A stretch of DNA of 64,000 nt from an uncultured bacterium. Its GTDB lineage: Bacteria; Armatimonadota; DTGP01; CAYSAW01. Both the position numbers and the translations under genes were made by a program. The notes under the pieces are model-generated. The model worked only from the letters and a program-made list of their open reading frames with translations, made no database searches and had not been told where the DNA came from. The stretch's first letter is position 1; every line of letters begins with the position of its first letter. The stretch is taken from contig CAYSAW010000003.1 in assembly GCA_964429225.1 (NCBI GenBank), positions 169,522 through 233,521 of the forward strand, given 5' to 3'. Shown piece by piece: positions 1 to 10,065 of the stretch.

Positions 1-180
1 TGGAGGAAGTTTCATAATCTTAAACTCCTTCTCAAAAGAAGCCAATAATTCTTTTAGGATCGGGGAAGGTCATCCCTCTTTTAATTAAGAAGTGAAAAAG
101 GTCTTCCCCCCCCAATCACGAAAAAATGTTTGGAAACCGCTCTTGAGTTTCTTTTACCCCAAAAACAGAGGAGTGGTATT

Positions 181-702
181 ATGGTAGATAACTCTCGCCA
201 ATCTCTTCCATCCGCTGAAAAAATAGTCCGCCTACGTATAACTTGCCTCCAACCTTTAGACCCTACGCAATACGACGCTCAGTTTGGCCTCCAGGACAAA
301 AAGCGAAGAGTATACGAAGGGAGAAAACAATCGAACGGCGACGTTCTCTACGATATTGAAGTCCGAGCCAGGTACGATTCTGAGCGAGGCAAACCCAACT
401 TTTTAGGTCCTTGGACTAATGGGACGCCAGATGAACGCTTTCTTTACTTGGCTTGGATGCCCCTCCATCCTATCCCCCCAGAAGAAAAATCCTTCGGCCC
501 TCCCTTATGGCATCGTCGATCAAAAATATATCTGTCCACAATTCCTTGGGAGCAAATTGAGGAAGTGAACCGCGTCCCCTATGGCCTTCTGGAGATCCAA
601 ATACCCGGCAGGGGGAAAGATGGAGGGCCTTGTTGCCTCCGCCTCCGGGAAAGGTGGGAAATAAAATCGGATCCCTCTTTCCATCCTATCTGTCCTCAAT
701 AA
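181..702 (+). CDS. hypothetical protein (about 174 aa); no domain recognised
   Basis: ORF 130..702. Start placed at the ATG at 181, which follows an AGAGGAG ribosome-binding site (RBS). The ankyrin gene begins 16 nt after the stop, which suggests co-transcription. Confidence 0.45.
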   Translation: MVDNSRQSLPSAEKIVRLRITCLQPLDPTQYDAQFGLQDKKRRVYEGRKQSNGDVLYDIEVRARYDSERGKPNFLGPWTNGTPDERFLYLAWMPLHPIPPEEKSFGPPLWHRRSKIYLSTIPWEQIEEVNRVPYGLLEIQIPGRGKDGGPCCLRLRERWEIKSDPSFHPICPQ

Positions 703-717
703 AAAGGAGAAAGGCTA

Positions 718-1835
718 TGAACCAGCAAGAAGAGCAGGTAAAGGAGCAATTCATAGACGCCGTCAAGCAAGGCGATAAAGATAAAATCCGGGACCTCCTG
801 GAAGGAAGTCCCTACTTACAGCAAAACATTAATGAACCTTGGTTCGCTTTCGACGCTCCGGCGATCGTATACATCGCTGGACGTGGAGATCGCGCCTTGA
901 TAGACCTACTGCTAGAATACGGCGCAGATATTAACGCCAAAAGCCGGTGGTGGGCGGGAAGCTGGGGCGTCCTCCATAGTATTGCCAATTATCAAGGCCT
1001 CGAACTAGCCCCCTATCTCCTCCAGCGAGGAGCTCTATTAGACGCCCATTCGGCCGCTGGTTTAGGGATGCTAGATGAGCTCCGAGAGATGCTTCTTGCA
1101 GACCCCAGCCTAGCCAATGCCCGAGGCCCGGATGGAATGACCCCTCTTCACTTTGCTCGCACCCCGGAAATTGCTGGGCTCCTTCTCAACTACGGAGCAG
1201 ACATTAATGCTCGGGACTTAGATCACCAAGGTACCCCTGCGCAGTGGGCCATAGGTAATCGCCCTGATATCTGCCGATTCCTGATCGAAAGGGGAGCCGA
1301 AGCGGACATCTTTCTCTTCTGCGCCTTAGGGGAGATGGAGCGAGTCCAAGCTTTACTGCAATCCAATCCAGAAATCGTTCACTCCTGGACTCAAGGGGAA
1401 GCTCCCGGTGGACATATTTATGCCTACACTATAGGTATGCCTTCAACCCCCCTCCACGTTGCAGCGCGATTCAACCAATGTGAAATCGCTCGATTGTTGC
1501 TAGAAGCAGGAAGTGACCTTACCGCTCCTGGACCCCACGGAGGGACACCGCTACATTGGGCCGCCTGGTACGGATATAGGGATATGGTTCGGCTACTTCT
1601 GGAGCACGGTGCTCTTTTAGAAGTAACCTGTAAGGATTTTGGGAGCACCCCTCTAGGATGGGCCGCGCATGGTTCTCGTCATTGCAACAACCCCCAAGGC
1701 GACTACGTTGCAGTTGTCGAAGACCTTCTTAAAGCCGGGGCCTCGGTTTATGCTCCGGGGAACCGGTCGGGAGCCACAATCGCATCGCTAGCCAGCGACG
1801 CTATCGCTGGAGTACTCCATCGGTGGGGAGGATAA
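718..1835 (+). CDS. ankyrin-repeat protein
   Basis: Tandem ~33-aa repeats of the G-TPLH.A...G......LL..GAD.NA type (for example GMTPLHFARTPEIAGLLLNYGADINARD). An AAAAGGAG RBS sits 8 nt before the ATG at 718. No signal peptide. Confidence 0.8.
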
Positions 1836-1957
1836 CCTCCCTCTTGGGGGACCTATATCTGCTAGGTCCCCCAAGAAACCCTTCATCTTTGGATCACCCC
1901 TTATCCTTTTGAATTTTAATCACACCAGAGTGGTATGGAACAAGAAGATAAGAGGCA

Positions 1958-3631
1958 ATGAACTATCGTATACCCTACCTCACCACTCAAATCATCCCTT
2001 ACATCGGCAATAAACGAACTCTCTTACCCCTCATTGGTGAAACCTTAAGGCAATACGATGAAAATTATGGGAGAGGGGTCTTCTTCGATCTTTTCGCCGG
2101 TTCAGGAGTCGTCTCCCGCTTGGCAAAAGCTTTAGGATACTCGGTTATCACTAATGATTGGGAGTTCTACGCCTACGTGATTAACCAATGTTATATCCGA
2201 ACTAACGCCTCCGATCTGGACCGGCTGTTTGTCCGCCAAGGGGGCATAGACCAGGTAATTAGAGAGCTGAATCGAGGGATGGAGGTAGGGATTGAAGGCT
2301 ATCTCAGCACCTATTACGCCCCTCGAAAGACAGAGACCGCTGATTACCGTAAAGAACGCCTCTTCTACACTGCCGAAAACGCCCGAGCCATTGACTACGC
2401 CCGCACCGTGATTGAAGACTGGTATCCAGGCTTTGACCTTCCGGAACCCCTTCTTACCGAAAAGTTTATCCTCTTAGCGGTGCTCCTTTATGGATCCGCT
2501 ACTCATACCAATACTTCCGGAGTCTTTAAAGCTTACCATAAAGGCTTCGGGGGACATAGTCAAGATGCCCTTAAACGCATTATGGCCCCCATCCGAATGT
2601 TTCGGCCTGTTCTCATCGACTCCCCCTCGCCGATGTGGGTCCTCTGCGAAGACGCCAATAAGATCGCCGGGTATCGCACGGTGGATATTGCCTATTTAGA
2701 CCCTCCCTATAACCAGCACCAATATGGGAGTAACTATCACCTCCTAAACACCATTGCTCTATGGGATTGCCCTCCTGTTGACAATACTCTCTCTCCTAAA
2801 GGCCATCTCATCAACAAAGGAGGTATACGCCCCGATTGGGTAAAGACCAAGTCACCCTACTGCTACCGCCAAACCGCTCTTACTGCCTTAGAAGACCTTC
2901 TTCAGAAGATAGATGCCCGCCTTATTCTGGTAAGTTACAATACCGAAGGATTGCTAACCATAGATGAGATGATCGACCTTCTGGAGGAGCGCGGAGTCGT
3001 TGACCTAGTTACCAACGAATATGTGCGCTATCGCGGTGGTAAACAGAGTATTCAACGGAAAATCCACAATATTGAATGCCTTTTGATCATCCACTGTGAC
3101 CTCCCCCGATCTTCAAGGAGGCCGACAAAGCAAGTTTATGACCGACTTTGGCAGACCCGATTACGGATACTCCTCCGACAAACTTTCCACCCCCAACGCA
3201 TCAAAACCCTCTTTCCCACTTATCAGGATGAGGGGATTATCCTCACCACAAAGGGCAAGGAGATCCTCTTGCCAATGCGGAGATTCTATCAGTTTATTCT
3301 AGAGCGCATTGATGGGGAAATCCTCACCTCTTGTGAACCTTATTCCTTATACCAACGCCTTGCTCAAGCGGCATTTAAGAACTACGCGGAAGAGATTGAA
3401 GTGCTAACAAACTTTCTATCGGAAGAAACCCAACCAGAAGAAATAAAAATGTTTTCTCAAAGGATTGCCTATCTCTTACGGAAGTTGGCCCACAAGAAAT
3501 ACCAAGAGGTTTTTCATTGCTTGCTTCAACGATTAGAAGAGATACTTCGGCAAAGGAGGGATTTGTTGGAGGAAATCGGTGAAAAGCTCTCTGAAATAAA
3601 GGTCTTGGCTGATAAAAGGTTCAAAGGCTAA
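1958..3631 (+). CDS. Dam/T4Dam-like (D12, alpha-class) N6-adenine DNA methyltransferase with a ~190-aa C-terminal extension of unknown function
   Basis: The N-terminus IPYIGNKRTLLP matches the YTGNKQSLLP signature of D12 MTases. Motif I (FAGSG) precedes motif IV (DPPY in AYLDPPYNQ), the order expected for the alpha class. The MTase fold ends near aa 370. The remaining ~190 aa are predicted helical and carry no recognisable motif. Confidence 0.8.
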   Translation: MNYRIPYLTTQIIPYIGNKRTLLPLIGETLRQYDENYGRGVFFDLFAGSGVVSRLAKALGYSVITNDWEFYAYVINQCYIRTNASDLDRLFVRQGGIDQVIRELNRGMEVGIEGYLSTYYAPRKTETADYRKERLFYTAENARAIDYARTVIEDWYPGFDLPEPLLTEKFILLAVLLYGSATHTNTSGVFKAYHKGFGGHSQDALKRIMAPIRMFRPVLIDSPSPMWVLCEDANKIAGYRTVDIAYLDPPYNQHQYGSNYHLLNTIALWDCPPVDNTLSPKGHLINKGGIRPDWVKTKSPYCYRQTALTALEDLLQKIDARLILVSYNTEGLLTIDEMIDLLEERGVVDLVTNEYVRYRGGKQSIQRKIHNIECLLIIHCDLPRSSRRPTKQVYDRLWQTRLRILLRQTFHPQRIKTLFPTYQDEGIILTTKGKEILLPMRRFYQFILERIDGEILTSCEPYSLYQRLAQAAFKNYAEEIEVLTNFLSEETQPEEIKMFSQRIAYLLRKLAHKKYQEVFHCLLQRLEEILRQRRDLLEEIGEKLSEIKVLADKRFKG

Positions 3632-3773
3632 GCTTCTGTTTTTCATCAAGGTGTAACACCCCTTTATCCTCTACCATCCCTGGGGAATCCCCCTTCTTTG
3701 TCCGATAAAGTAAGAGGATACTCCATCTCCCTCAGCCCACTCAGGGACAGAAGGCGTCAGCAGAGGTTGAAAA

Positions 3774-5243
3774 GTGAAACCTCTCCCTTCCCTGTTAAGC
3801 CCCTTAGGTTGGGGAACCCCATCCCCCTATCTTCAGAGAAGAAGCTCTTCTCCTCTCCCCTTCCTTATCCTGAATCTGTTTCTCTGGGGAGGGCTTCTTG
3901 CTGGGCAATTTCAAGATCAGGAAGCCTTCTCAACCCCAACCCCTCCGATAGACCTACCCGAGGCTTTTGGAAGCCCGATCCGAGTGGGATTAATTCAGTT
4001 TAATCAAAGACAAAGGTTAACCCTCTTCTTACCTCACGGGGGTACCTTAGAGCGGGTGAGTACCCAAGAGAGAGTAAAAACCTTTCCTCAAGGTACATAC
4101 CTCGTCTTCTTTACTCTTAAAAGATCTGGGGTCACCTTAGAAAACGCCTCCTGCAGTGACCCAGAAGGCTTTCGAGTTCTCCCTCCGCCAGGAGGATTAG
4201 TGAAGATCGAGAGGTACCTCTATCCCGGCTGTGTGGAAGTCCTCGCTGAACCCAAGGGAGCTTTACAAGTGATCAACGAAGTCCCCCGGGAAGATTACGT
4301 GGCAGGTGTACTAAGAGCTGAGGGATCTGTAAAGTTCCCCTGGGAGGCAAACCGAGCTCTTTCGGTTTGTATTCGCACCTACGCCGAATATAACCGAGGA
4401 CGGCATAAAGAGCAGGGGTTTGACCTTTGTAACACCACTCATTGTCAGGGATACCGTGGGTTACCCCAAGGCATCCGACCTTACTCCTCCGAGGATTGGG
4501 CCGGCCGGATCACCGCCTCAACTCGAGGAGAAGTCCTCACCTATGAAGGACGATTGATCCCCACCGCCTACAGTACAGATTGCGGAGGCCTTCTGGCGAG
4601 TAATCTTAACGCCGGTTTTGGCCAATCCTTTTGGCCTTTTCTGGCGACAGGAAGAGACTCTAATGGCAAGAGCGATTTCTGCGAAGGGAGTCCGGTACAC
4701 TATTGGAGGCTACGATTGTCTCGAGAGCAACTCGAGAGGGTTCTAAAGAAGTTTTTCATTCAGCCGGGCCAGGTAGAAGACCTTCGGTTGATTTACGAAA
4801 CTCCTGGTGGGCGGGTGCAAAAAGTGCAGTTATGGGGAACACCGAACAAAACCGACCCAGAGAACCCAAAAGCAAGTGGTGGGATAGGGCAAGAAAATTC
4901 TAGCTTTAGTTCAGGAGAACCTTTCCCTCTAAACCCAGAGGACCGAGTTTTGCTGGCCGAGCTACCCGCTTACCAGTTTCGTGCTCAGTTGGGATGGGAT
5001 ACCCTACGATCTACCCTTTTCACCGTAAGACAAAAGGAGGACGGGGAATTCGAGTTCAGCGGGCGGGGATGGGGCCATGGCGTGGGGCTTTGCCTTTGGG
5101 GAGCCCGGGGGATGGTCCTCTCCTCCTCTTGCACCTATGTGGAGATCTTGGCCCACTACTTTCCCAAGGGACAGCTCGTGAAAGAAACCCCTCGAGGCTT
5201 GGTAATGATACCCTCTGGGCGAAAAATTTCGGCGTCACAATAA
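3774..5243 (+). CDS. SpoIID/LytB-domain protein (cell-wall amidase enhancer / lytic transglycosylase family)
   Basis: Central region AGVLRAEGSVKFPWEANRALSVCIRTYAE...GFDLCNTTHCQGYRG and ...TAYSTDCGG are typical of SpoIID/LytB. GTG start with a GAGG RBS. The N-terminal hydrophobic stretch LPFLILNLFLWGGLLAG looks like a signal anchor. Confidence 0.75.
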   Translation: MKPLPSLLSPLGWGTPSPYLQRRSSSPLPFLILNLFLWGGLLAGQFQDQEAFSTPTPPIDLPEAFGSPIRVGLIQFNQRQRLTLFLPHGGTLERVSTQERVKTFPQGTYLVFFTLKRSGVTLENASCSDPEGFRVLPPPGGLVKIERYLYPGCVEVLAEPKGALQVINEVPREDYVAGVLRAEGSVKFPWEANRALSVCIRTYAEYNRGRHKEQGFDLCNTTHCQGYRGLPQGIRPYSSEDWAGRITASTRGEVLTYEGRLIPTAYSTDCGGLLASNLNAGFGQSFWPFLATGRDSNGKSDFCEGSPVHYWRLRLSREQLERVLKKFFIQPGQVEDLRLIYETPGGRVQKVQLWGTPNKTDPENPKASGGIGQENSSFSSGEPFPLNPEDRVLLAELPAYQFRAQLGWDTLRSTLFTVRQKEDGEFEFSGRGWGHGVGLCLWGARGMVLSSSCTYVEILAHYFPKGQLVKETPRGLVMIPSGRKISASQ

Positions 5244-5616
5244 GAACCCCGGTAAACTCCCTTAAGCGAAGGAGATGCTCATCACTGGTGATAAGATAAT
5301 GGGCTTGCCCTTCAACCGCAGTAGCTAAAAATTTATCATCCTCCGAGTCCTCCCGAATCACCGGAGGCACCGCTCTTAATTTGACGGAGTAGCCGTGTCG
5401 GAAAATATCTTCTACCCAACGGAAGAAGTGAAGGTTTCCCTTCACCTGCTTTAACAAAAAAAGCACCTCCTCTTTCACTGGAGGAGAGTAACAGATCTGG
5501 AAAAACTGAAGCCGGCAAGCTTCCAATATCCAGGCAGAGGTGGAACGAGGGTTCCAACGCGCCGCAATGAAGAGATTCGTATCTGCTACAATTCTGAGAG
5601 GAGTAGGCAAAACCAT
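5056..5616 (-). CDS. PIN-domain protein (TIGR00305-like putative toxin) with a basic Arg/Pro-rich C-terminal tail
   Basis: ORF 5056..5697. The likely start is the M of MVLPTPLRIVADTNLF at 5616, which abuts the stop of the upstream DUF721 gene. PIN acidic residues lie in ADTNLF, SEDDKFL and TSDEHL. The last ~60 codons overlap the 3' end of the convergent SpoIID gene. Confidence 0.65.
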   Translation of the reverse strand: MVLPTPLRIVADTNLFIAARWNPRSTSAWILEACRLQFFQICYSPPVKEEVLFLLKQVKGNLHFFRWVEDIFRHGYSVKLRAVPPVIREDSEDDKFLATAVEGQAHYLITSDEHLLRLREFTGVLIVTPKFFAQRVSLPSLEGFLSRAVPWESSGPRSPHRCKRRRGPSPGLPKGKAPRHGPIPAR

Positions 5617-6158
5617 TAGCGAAGTCCTAGACGGCAATAGGGACAAATCTGACCAGGCCCAGGGTGTAGAGCACCACAAGCCAGGCATCTCTTCCACCCT
5701 TCTGAAAGACGTTTCAGACGCCTCTGCTCTTCCCTCTCAAGTAAAGACCGAACCCGATCTTGGTACTCCTCAGGAATTCCCCGAAGACATTTCTGGATTG
5801 CCTCCTGCCGATCTTTAGGGATGGGGGGGAGCTCCTGACTTGGTAGGGGAGGATGAGACGCTGAAACCTCCGGCACCTCCCCTACCCGAACCCACAAGTC
5901 TTTCAGAAGAGGGCGTCCTAAGCGCTGATTTAGCTCCTCAAGGAACTTCTCTTTATACAGCTTGAGCTCACAGGCCCAGGTACTGGAGCTGGCTATTACA
6001 AAAAGGATCCCGTTTCGAGCCCTCTCCACAGTGGTATGCCGAGCAAAATTCGGCCCCGCAACAGTCGGCCATAAAACCCGACACCGCTGTTCCATCTCCC
6101 GATGATGTTGGGGAATCTTCTTAAGGGTGTTTTGCAAAGCAACTTTCAGCTTCAGCAC
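5616..6158 (-). CDS. DUF721-domain protein with a C-terminal zinc ribbon (DciA-like fold)
   Basis: WPTVAGPNFARHTTVERARNGILFVIASSSTWACELKLYKEKFLEELNQRLG fits the DUF721 pattern. The C-terminus CLACG...CPYC is a 4-Cys ribbon. GTG start preceded by AAGGAG at 8 nt. Confidence 0.65.
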   Translation of the reverse strand: MLKLKVALQNTLKKIPQHHREMEQRCRVLWPTVAGPNFARHTTVERARNGILFVIASSSTWACELKLYKEKFLEELNQRLGRPLLKDLWVRVGEVPEVSASHPPLPSQELPPIPKDRQEAIQKCLRGIPEEYQDRVRSLLEREEQRRLKRLSEGWKRCLACGALHPGPGQICPYCRLGLR

Positions 6159-6377
6159 AAGAGAAACTCCTTAATCTTCTCTTTCAGAATTACTGCCGTA
6201 TCCCTTATCAACTCCTCAAACCACTAATTTTTCCGATCGCACAGCTCACTCAGCAAGATCCCTGGTAAAAGACCTATCTCCATAATAATTGCTTTATAGG
6301 CTTCCTCAGACAAATATTCGATACAAAGACGATAAAGTCCTTCAAGATAATGCTCTGCACCTTTAGGGATCAGAAGG

Positions 6378-6471
6378 GGTGAGGATTGAGGATAAAAAGA
6401 GGAAAACTTGGCGCACCCGATTTCGAAATCTATAGTAAGAAGGTGAGGATTGAGGATAAAAAGAGGAAAAC
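6378..6471 (+). repeat. two perfect 30-bp direct repeats (GGTGAGGATTGAGGATAAAAAGAGGAAAAC) separated by a 34-bp unique spacer
   Basis: Copies at 6378..6407 and 6442..6471 are identical. They sit in the 350-bp leader between the Zn-ribbon gene and the DUF721-PIN pair. Confidence 0.8.
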
Positions 6472-6510
6472 CCCTACTCCTTTCTAAATCCCTTGGTTCT
6501 TTAATTGCGG

Positions 6511-6714
6511 TTAGGCAGCAGTGGGTGACTTCTCAACGTAACCGCAATCGTTACATTCGTAATAGCGATCCACTTCCACTAAATGGGGATTGATGGCTCC
6601 ACATTCTGGACAGGACCGTGGGGCGCCTTTCCCCAGAGTTACTTCACAACACTCGGTGGCCCAAACAATGACCTCCGCTAAAATTCCCCCATGACACTTA
6701 GGGCAAGAGGCCAT
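6511..6714 (-). CDS. small zinc-ribbon protein (about 67 aa)
   Basis: MASCPKCHGG...CPECG...CNDCGY carries three CxxC pairs. It starts 71 nt after the lon stop. ORF 6511..6777. Start uncertain. Confidence 0.45.
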   Translation of the reverse strand: MASCPKCHGGILAEVIVWATECCEVTLGKGAPRSCPECGAINPHLVEVDRYYECNDCGYVEKSPTAA

Positions 6715-6785
6715 CCTCCTTCCTCCTCTCAAAGTTCCCAAGTTCCTAGAAACCCTCCTTCGGGAGGGAGAGTTCACTCATGCTT

Positions 6786-9203
6786 CTAACCTTTAACAGT
6801 TTCCAGCTCGAGACTTGGCCTTAAAGCCTCTTCTAAAGCTTCGGGAATCATCCGAACATAAATAAACTCCATCCCCCGACGCACCTCTTCAGGTACCTCC
6901 TCCTCCACATCTTTTTGGTTGCGTTCCGGCAAGATAACCCGCTTGAGGCCTACCCGATGGGCAGCAAGAACCTTCTCTTTAATGCCTCCTACAGGAAGCA
7001 CCCATCCACTAAGAGTGATCTCGCCGGTCATCGCAGTGTCGGGACGAGCCTTTCTACCTGTCGCTGCGCTTACCAACGCGCAAACCATTGTGACACCTGC
7101 ACTTGGCCCATCTTTGGGAACCGCTCCCGCTGGAACATGAATATGTACCCCCTTCCGAGCAAACTCTTCTCCACTTATCCCCAGCTCTCCACTATGGCCC
7201 CGGACCCAGCTCAAAGCGGTTTGCCCACTCTCCCGCATTACATCTCCTAGCATCCCCGTCAAGAGTAACTGTCCCCGGCCCCCCTCTGCGGTGGGAATGA
7301 GTGCGGCCTCCACAACGATGACTTCCCCTCCAAAAGGCGTCCAAGCCAAGCCTAAAGCCACCCCGGGTTGTTCTACCCGATTCACCACTTCTTCCAATTC
7401 AAACCGAGGGTTCCCTAACAATTCCCGAATAACTTCTGGCGTTACTAAAAATTTCTCGGAGGGTTTTTCCAGGCGCTGAAGCACCGTTTTTCGACAGATG
7501 GCCGCAATCTGACGCTCCAAATTGCGAACTCCTGCCTCCCGAGTATAACCCCGGATCAGGAATCTCAACCCCTCCTCGGTAAACTCGATATCTTCTTCAG
7601 TAAGGCCATGCTCCGCTCGCTGGCGAGGGATAAGATGGCGACGGGCAATCTCCACCTTTTCATGCTCAGTGTAACCGCTGATCTCGATAATTTCCATCCG
7701 GTCGCGAAGAGGAGGAGGAATGGGGTCAATCAGATTAGCAGTTGTAATAAACAAGACCTTGGACAGATCAAAAGGAACATCCAGGTAGTGGTCCCGGAAG
7801 CTGTGGTTCTGCTCAGGGTCTAGGACCTCCAGCAAAGCACTAGTAGGGTCCCCTCGGAAATCCATTCCTACCTTGTCGATCTCATCCAACATAAAGACGG
7901 GATTGTTGACCCCCGCCCGGCGAATACCCTGGATAATTTGTCCTGGAAGCGCGCCTACATAAGTCCGACGGTGTCCTCGGATCTCGGCTTCATCTCGAAT
8001 TCCCCCTAAGCTGAAACGCACAAATCGCCGGCCCAGAGCACGAGCGATGCTTCTCCCGAGAGAAGTCTTTCCAACACCCGGAGGCCCTACAAAGCAGAGG
8101 ATAGGTTGTCGCATTTCTGTCCCCCGGAGCTGGCGAACAGCAAAATATTCCACAATGCGCTCTTTAACTTTTTCTAATCCATAGTGATCTTCATCCAGCA
8201 CCCGACGCACCTCGTCAATTTCCAAGCGGTCTTCTGTGCTCACTTGCCAGGGGAGAGACACCAACCATTCTAGATAATTGCGGATCACGGGGTATTCGGC
8301 AGCACCCATCGGCATTCGTTTTAGTCGTTCTAACTCCCTTTCAGCCTCCTTTCGCGCCTCTTCGGGCATCCCCGCCTTTTCGATGCGCTCCCGCAACTCT
8401 TCAATCTCGGCGGTCTGCTCATCTACCTCGCCCAATTCACGCTGAATGGCTTTTAACTGTTCCCGGAGGTAATACTCTCGCTGGGCCTTGCCCATCTCCT
8501 TAGTCACTCGAGACTGAATCTCCGCTTGCAATTCCAGCATCTGGATTTCTCGAATAAGCACGCCCAGCAAGCGCCGGAGACGCTCCATCAAGCGTGTCTC
8601 CGCAAGGATTTCCTGCTTCTCTTTACTATCAAAGCTAATTTGAGCGGCGATCAGATCCCCCAGCTCCTCCGGATCCCGGATCCGGTCCAGTACCCCCAAC
8701 AATTCATCGGGAAGGTTGGGGGAAAGCTGAACGGCCCTCCGAAATTGGTCAGCCAAGGTTCGCTTAAGAGCCTCCAACTCCACTTGTTCTAACTGCGACT
8801 CGGGGTATATCGTCTCCCGAATCTTTACCCGGGCGATAGGATAGGGCGTCTCTTGGAGGGGCTCCCCCAGGTCTATACGCTTAAGGCCCTGAAGGATCAA
8901 ACGAATCCCTTCCGGTTGCTCCAGAAGAGCACGGATGAAGACCGCAGTTCCTACAGGGTAAACATCCCGATATCCGGGGTTCTCCACTGCAGGGTCCTTC
9001 ATTAAAGAACAAGCAATAATGCGTTCCCCTTTAGCGGCTGCATCCCGGACCAGAAGGACACTACTCTCCCTCTGAACAAACCAATGGAGAAGCATTCCAG
9101 GGAAAACAACCGTCTCCCGCATAGGGAGAACCCGGAGGGTATCCGGGATTTGGGGGGAGATCTCGTCCAGGGCGGCAGCTGGGATCGGCAAAGGATTCTC
9201 CAT
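6786..9203 (-). CDS. lon: ATP-dependent protease Lon (La)
   Basis: Walker [17 protein letters not shown], and the protease Ser motif DGPSAGVTM. The N-terminal LON domain is present. The ATG at 9203 has an AAGGAG RBS; the longer ORF to 9221 begins with TTG. Confidence 0.95.
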   Translation of the reverse strand: MENPLPIPAAALDEISPQIPDTLRVLPMRETVVFPGMLLHWFVQRESSVLLVRDAAAKGERIIACSLMKDPAVENPGYRDVYPVGTAVFIRALLEQPEGIRLILQGLKRIDLGEPLQETPYPIARVKIRETIYPESQLEQVELEALKRTLADQFRRAVQLSPNLPDELLGVLDRIRDPEELGDLIAAQISFDSKEKQEILAETRLMERLRRLLGVLIREIQMLELQAEIQSRVTKEMGKAQREYYLREQLKAIQRELGEVDEQTAEIEELRERIEKAGMPEEARKEAERELERLKRMPMGAAEYPVIRNYLEWLVSLPWQVSTEDRLEIDEVRRVLDEDHYGLEKVKERIVEYFAVRQLRGTEMRQPILCFVGPPGVGKTSLGRSIARALGRRFVRFSLGGIRDEAEIRGHRRTYVGALPGQIIQGIRRAGVNNPVFMLDEIDKVGMDFRGDPTSALLEVLDPEQNHSFRDHYLDVPFDLSKVLFITTANLIDPIPPPLRDRMEIIEISGYTEHEKVEIARRHLIPRQRAEHGLTEEDIEFTEEGLRFLIRGYTREAGVRNLERQIAAICRKTVLQRLEKPSEKFLVTPEVIRELLGNPRFELEEVVNRVEQPGVALGLAWTPFGGEVIVVEAALIPTAEGGRGQLLLTGMLGDVMRESGQTALSWVRGHSGELGISGEEFARKGVHIHVPAGAVPKDGPSAGVTMVCALVSAATGRKARPDTAMTGEITLSGWVLPVGGIKEKVLAAHRVGLKRVILPERNQKDVEEEVPEEVRRGMEFIYVRMIPEALEEALRPSLELETVKG

Positions 9204-9291
9204 AGTCTCTCCTTGATACAAAAAATATCTAAAACTCAGTTTTTCTCCTTAGCACAGAAATAGGGAACAACAATTTTTATTTCGCCACTCC

Positions 9292-9825
9292 TTAAACCGG
9301 ACGCCTTTGGGTCCAATCCACGTCATCCTGCGGTTCAAAATCTTCAATCCAACCTTCTCCATAAGCTTCCCCAGGAGTATCATCGGCATCCAAGTCCAAA
9401 CCGGTAGGACCAACCTCCACTTCCAGAATCTCCTTTTCTGGGCTAGGAGGATGAAGAGTTCCCTCCGGCAAAAGTCCCCGGGTCTCGGTCAACAAGGTTT
9501 CCACATCCACATAACTCATCTTTCGGAGGTAATCGTCTGCTCCCATCCCCTCCTCAGGAGGAATATCGTGAGGGACCATATCAGAGTCTAAAGGGCCTTT
9601 GGGAGCTCCTTTAACCACGATATCATTATCAAACTCGGGAGGAAAACCCACGTTTGGGATTTCCCCCTTCTTCCTCTCTCGCTCGAGGTATTGACGCAGA
9701 CGCTCAAAGTGGGGGAAAAGGTCTCTAGGTTCCGGATCGTGCTGAAGGATCTCCTCTCCTAAATCCCCGACCTCCCAACCTGTGGCAGTGAACTCCTCCT
9801 CAGGCTCGTCGGAGAAACGCAACAT
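9292..9825 (-). CDS. highly acidic hypothetical protein, probably intrinsically disordered
   Basis: 177 aa rich in D, E and P with no recognisable domain. Good AAGGAG RBS. It lies directly upstream of lon on the same strand. Confidence 0.5.
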   Translation of the reverse strand: MLRFSDEPEEEFTATGWEVGDLGEEILQHDPEPRDLFPHFERLRQYLERERKKGEIPNVGFPPEFDNDIVVKGAPKGPLDSDMVPHDIPPEEGMGADDYLRKMSYVDVETLLTETRGLLPEGTLHPPSPEKEILEVEVGPTGLDLDADDTPGEAYGEGWIEDFEPQDDVDWTQRRPV

Positions 9826-10065
9826 TACCTCGCTCCTTAAATTTTCTCCCCTCTAGAAAAAGCTTCTTTATCCCTCTTCCCACCAAGAGTCCCCTCTTTT
9901 TCAACCCCAAGAGAATAAAAGGGCCTTTCTTCCCTACTCTCCAACTTCTTTTATACCCTATGGAGGAAAAAGGTCAAACAAGGCTCCTCTCCAGCTTCCC
10001 TAAAACGGATAACGGAGGAGTAACCTACCCCCCTAGCAAAAGAAGCTGTGAAGGAGGAAAAACTT

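Noticed and set aside
1-15. The start of a minus-strand gene (ATGAAACTTCCTCCA with an AAGGAG RBS) that runs off the left edge
   Set aside because: Only 5 codons are visible, too little to annotate.
6378-6471. Calling the 30-bp repeat pair a CRISPR array
   Set aside because: There are only two repeats and no cas genes in the window. I kept it as a repeat feature and a low-confidence finding rather than a CRISPR call.
6915-8792. Several 60-110-aa ORFs antisense to lon (6915..7250, 7103..7300, 7608..7823, 8526..8792). Similar antisense ORFs lie inside pnp, the xanthine-dehydrogenase large subunit, the GH38-like gene and the nuclease-helicase gene.
   Set aside because: They sit entirely inside well-supported long CDSs on the opposite strand, lack ribosome-binding sites and have low-complexity translations. 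They are typical shadow ORFs.
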